Origin: Heteronotia binoei
Lineage: Eukaryota
Reading direction: 5' to 3'
Assembly (NCBI RefSeq): GCF_032191835.1
Contig: NC_083238.1
Span: forward strand, 26,598,001-26,662,000
Length of the DNA stretch: 64,000 nucleotides
Part shown: piece by piece, positions 62,375 through 64,000 of the stretch
Layout: each line of letters starts with the position of its first letter
Numbering within the stretch: the first letter of the stretch is position 1
The notes under the pieces: model-generated
Databases searched by the model: none
Told to the model about the DNA's origin: nothing
The model's input: the letters and a program-made list of their open reading frames with translations, nothing else
Program-made: the position numbers and the translations under genes

Positions 62375-62580
62375 GGAGCACACATGGCTCAGTGGTAAAG
62401 CATCTGTTTAGCATGCAGGAGGTCCCAGCTTCAATCCCTGACATCTCCAGTTAAAAGGACCAGGTTGGAGGTGAGGAGAAAGACCACCACCTGAGACCCT
62501 GAATAACCACTGACAGTCTGAGACAATACTGACCTTGATGGACCAAGGGTTTGATTCAGTATAAGGTAGTTTCATGTGCA
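62375..62580 (+). mobile_element. tRNA-derived SINE
   Basis: tggctcagtggtaaagcatctg...cttcaatccctg...gaccttgatggaccaagggt. Confidence 0.8.
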
Positions 62581-63204
62581 TTCATGAGTGTACCTACATT
62601 GCTGTTTAAGTCATTGCACCTCCTACTTCACTCCCACAAGCTACCACAGGGCAATCTATCAATTTCAAACGACCGTGCTCCAGGTACGGCAAGCTTCCTC
62701 TCTGCTTCTCCCTGCCACCACCCTTCAGATAGCAAGACCAAATAGGCACTGTGTGTTTCCGGAGACCAAGCTTAAAGCATGCAAAAATTTAAGAATATTT
62801 AATGAAAGAATAAAAATATTACATATGGGCTGTTCAAGTATTCAAGCTGAGTAAGGGTTAGGGATGTCACGGACTGAAAACTGGAGGTATGTGGATGAAC
62901 GACAGATTTTTCCATTTATGAATCGGTTTATGGTTCATGAGGTTCATAACTTGAGGGTGGGGGGGGGGCTTGCAAAAGCCATTTGAAGGGAATACGACGC
63001 AATGTGGGAGTGGACTCAGAAGGCATTCAAAGTAGCCTATCGACCACTGGCTTTGGAATCCCTGGAGGAAAATTAAAGGAACTTACAATGAGAAAGAAGT
63101 AACTGATACGGTTTTGCTTTTTGAAGCCCTTGCATTTCTAATTTTTATTTTAACAAAAAAAAAAAAAAAGCTTCAGAGCACCTGCAGCAAACCTGGCCTC
63201 TTGC

Positions 63205-63320
63205 CGTACAGTGTATTGTAGTGGCTAGAGTGTTGCACTAGGACCTGGAAGATCCAGGTTCAGTTCCCATTCTGCAGGGTGACCTTGGGCTAGTCACAGA
63301 TTCTCAGCTTAACCTACCTC
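63205..63320 (+). mobile_element. Old MIR/Squam3-like SINE
   Basis: tgtagtggctagagtg...ccaggttcagttccc...gggtgaccttgggctagtcac. Confidence 0.65.
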
Positions 63321-63794
63321 GCAGAATAGACCCAGGTGGGTAGCCGTGTTGAGATGGCGTTCCATTCCATGTGGCTTAATGTGCTGCCTTCCATGAAGAT
63401 AGATCCAGCTGGGCAGGATGTTTGTAAGGATAAAACAGAGGGAAGGAGAACAACGTAAGCTCTTTTTGGCTCCACTGGAGAAAGGTGGAGTGCAAATGTA
63501 CTAGATAAATACATTCTAAAGAGCATTGAAAAATTCACCACCACAAAAAAAAGGAAAGAAAAAAGGACAAAATTGTAAAAATCAAGCTTCATTTTGAAGG
63601 CAATTGTTCACTGAAGCTGTTGCTACACAAGTACCACTCACATGTATATATTTTTTTTAAAAAGGGGTGGCCCAATTTAATATGTGAGTTGGTTTCTCAG
63701 ACAGCCAAGAAAAGAATAAAACTGATGTACTACACTGGCCTCTTTGAATGGGGGTGGGACTCCACTTGGAAAAACAAGCCTCCTAGCAACTTAA

Positions 63795-64000
63795 ACTATC
63801 TTCAAGAACTGCCTATTTGTTTCCAGGTTCAATTTAAGGTGGTGGTGCTTACCTTTAAAGCCCTTCATGGTTTCTGCGGCAAATTGTGCTCCTCACAGCA
63901 GTCCCTTTGCTCTTGAAGATCCAATCTGCTCTGTTCCTAACAGGCTGCTCAGCTATTGTGGAACAGCCTCCCGGAAGGGGTGTGGCAAGATCTCACCCCT
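63795..64000 (+). mobile_element. Old L2 3' fragment
   Basis: FQVQFKVVVLTFKALHG and LWNSLPE remnants. Confidence 0.65.

Noticed and set aside
1-64000. Prokaryotic systems (CRISPR arrays, operons, defence islands)
   Set aside because: The sequence is intron-rich vertebrate DNA, with no regularly spaced repeat-spacer array or dense coding.
22961-64000. First coding exon or CpG-island promoter of COBLL1
   Set aside because: No phase-2 exon resembling the known N-terminus was found, and the only CpG-dense patches belong to transposons. It probably lies beyond the window.

Overview
This is vertebrate genomic DNA from a squamate reptile; the SINE, CR1 and MITE content suggests a gecko (inference). 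It is not a microbial window, and it contains no CRISPR array or operon. The only recognisable host gene is COBLL1 (cordon-bleu-like 1) on the minus strand. Five confident coding exons (22960-22775, 13133-12932, 10778-10550, 2219-2122, 1325-1086) plus a 39-nt in-frame cassette exon (4118-4080) splice in phase. Together they encode the N-terminal Cobl-homology region with KxKAPLPP and KRRAPLPP motifs. The upstream coding exon and the downstream exons were not found in the window, and about 41 kb (23-64 kb) looks like one large 5' intron. The rest is a dense transposon landscape: L2, CR1, RTE-BovB, an RTE-X-like LINE, Penelope-like elements, tRNA- and 5S-derived SINEs, many hAT MITEs with checkable 8-bp TSDs, and Tc1/mariner MITEs. 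Most short ORFs in the supplied track are spurious. The strongest leads are: (1) a recent ~181-bp duplication of a COBLL1 exon end plus its splice donor; (2) a candidate non-coding/poison exon paired with a perfect-Kozak internal ATG; (3) a candidate 6-nt microexon; (4) an apparently intact Penelope-borne hammerhead ribozyme; and (5) an inverted Penelope pair with nested insertions and a template-switch footprint. All are hypotheses from manual reading, and none amounts to a demonstrated new system.
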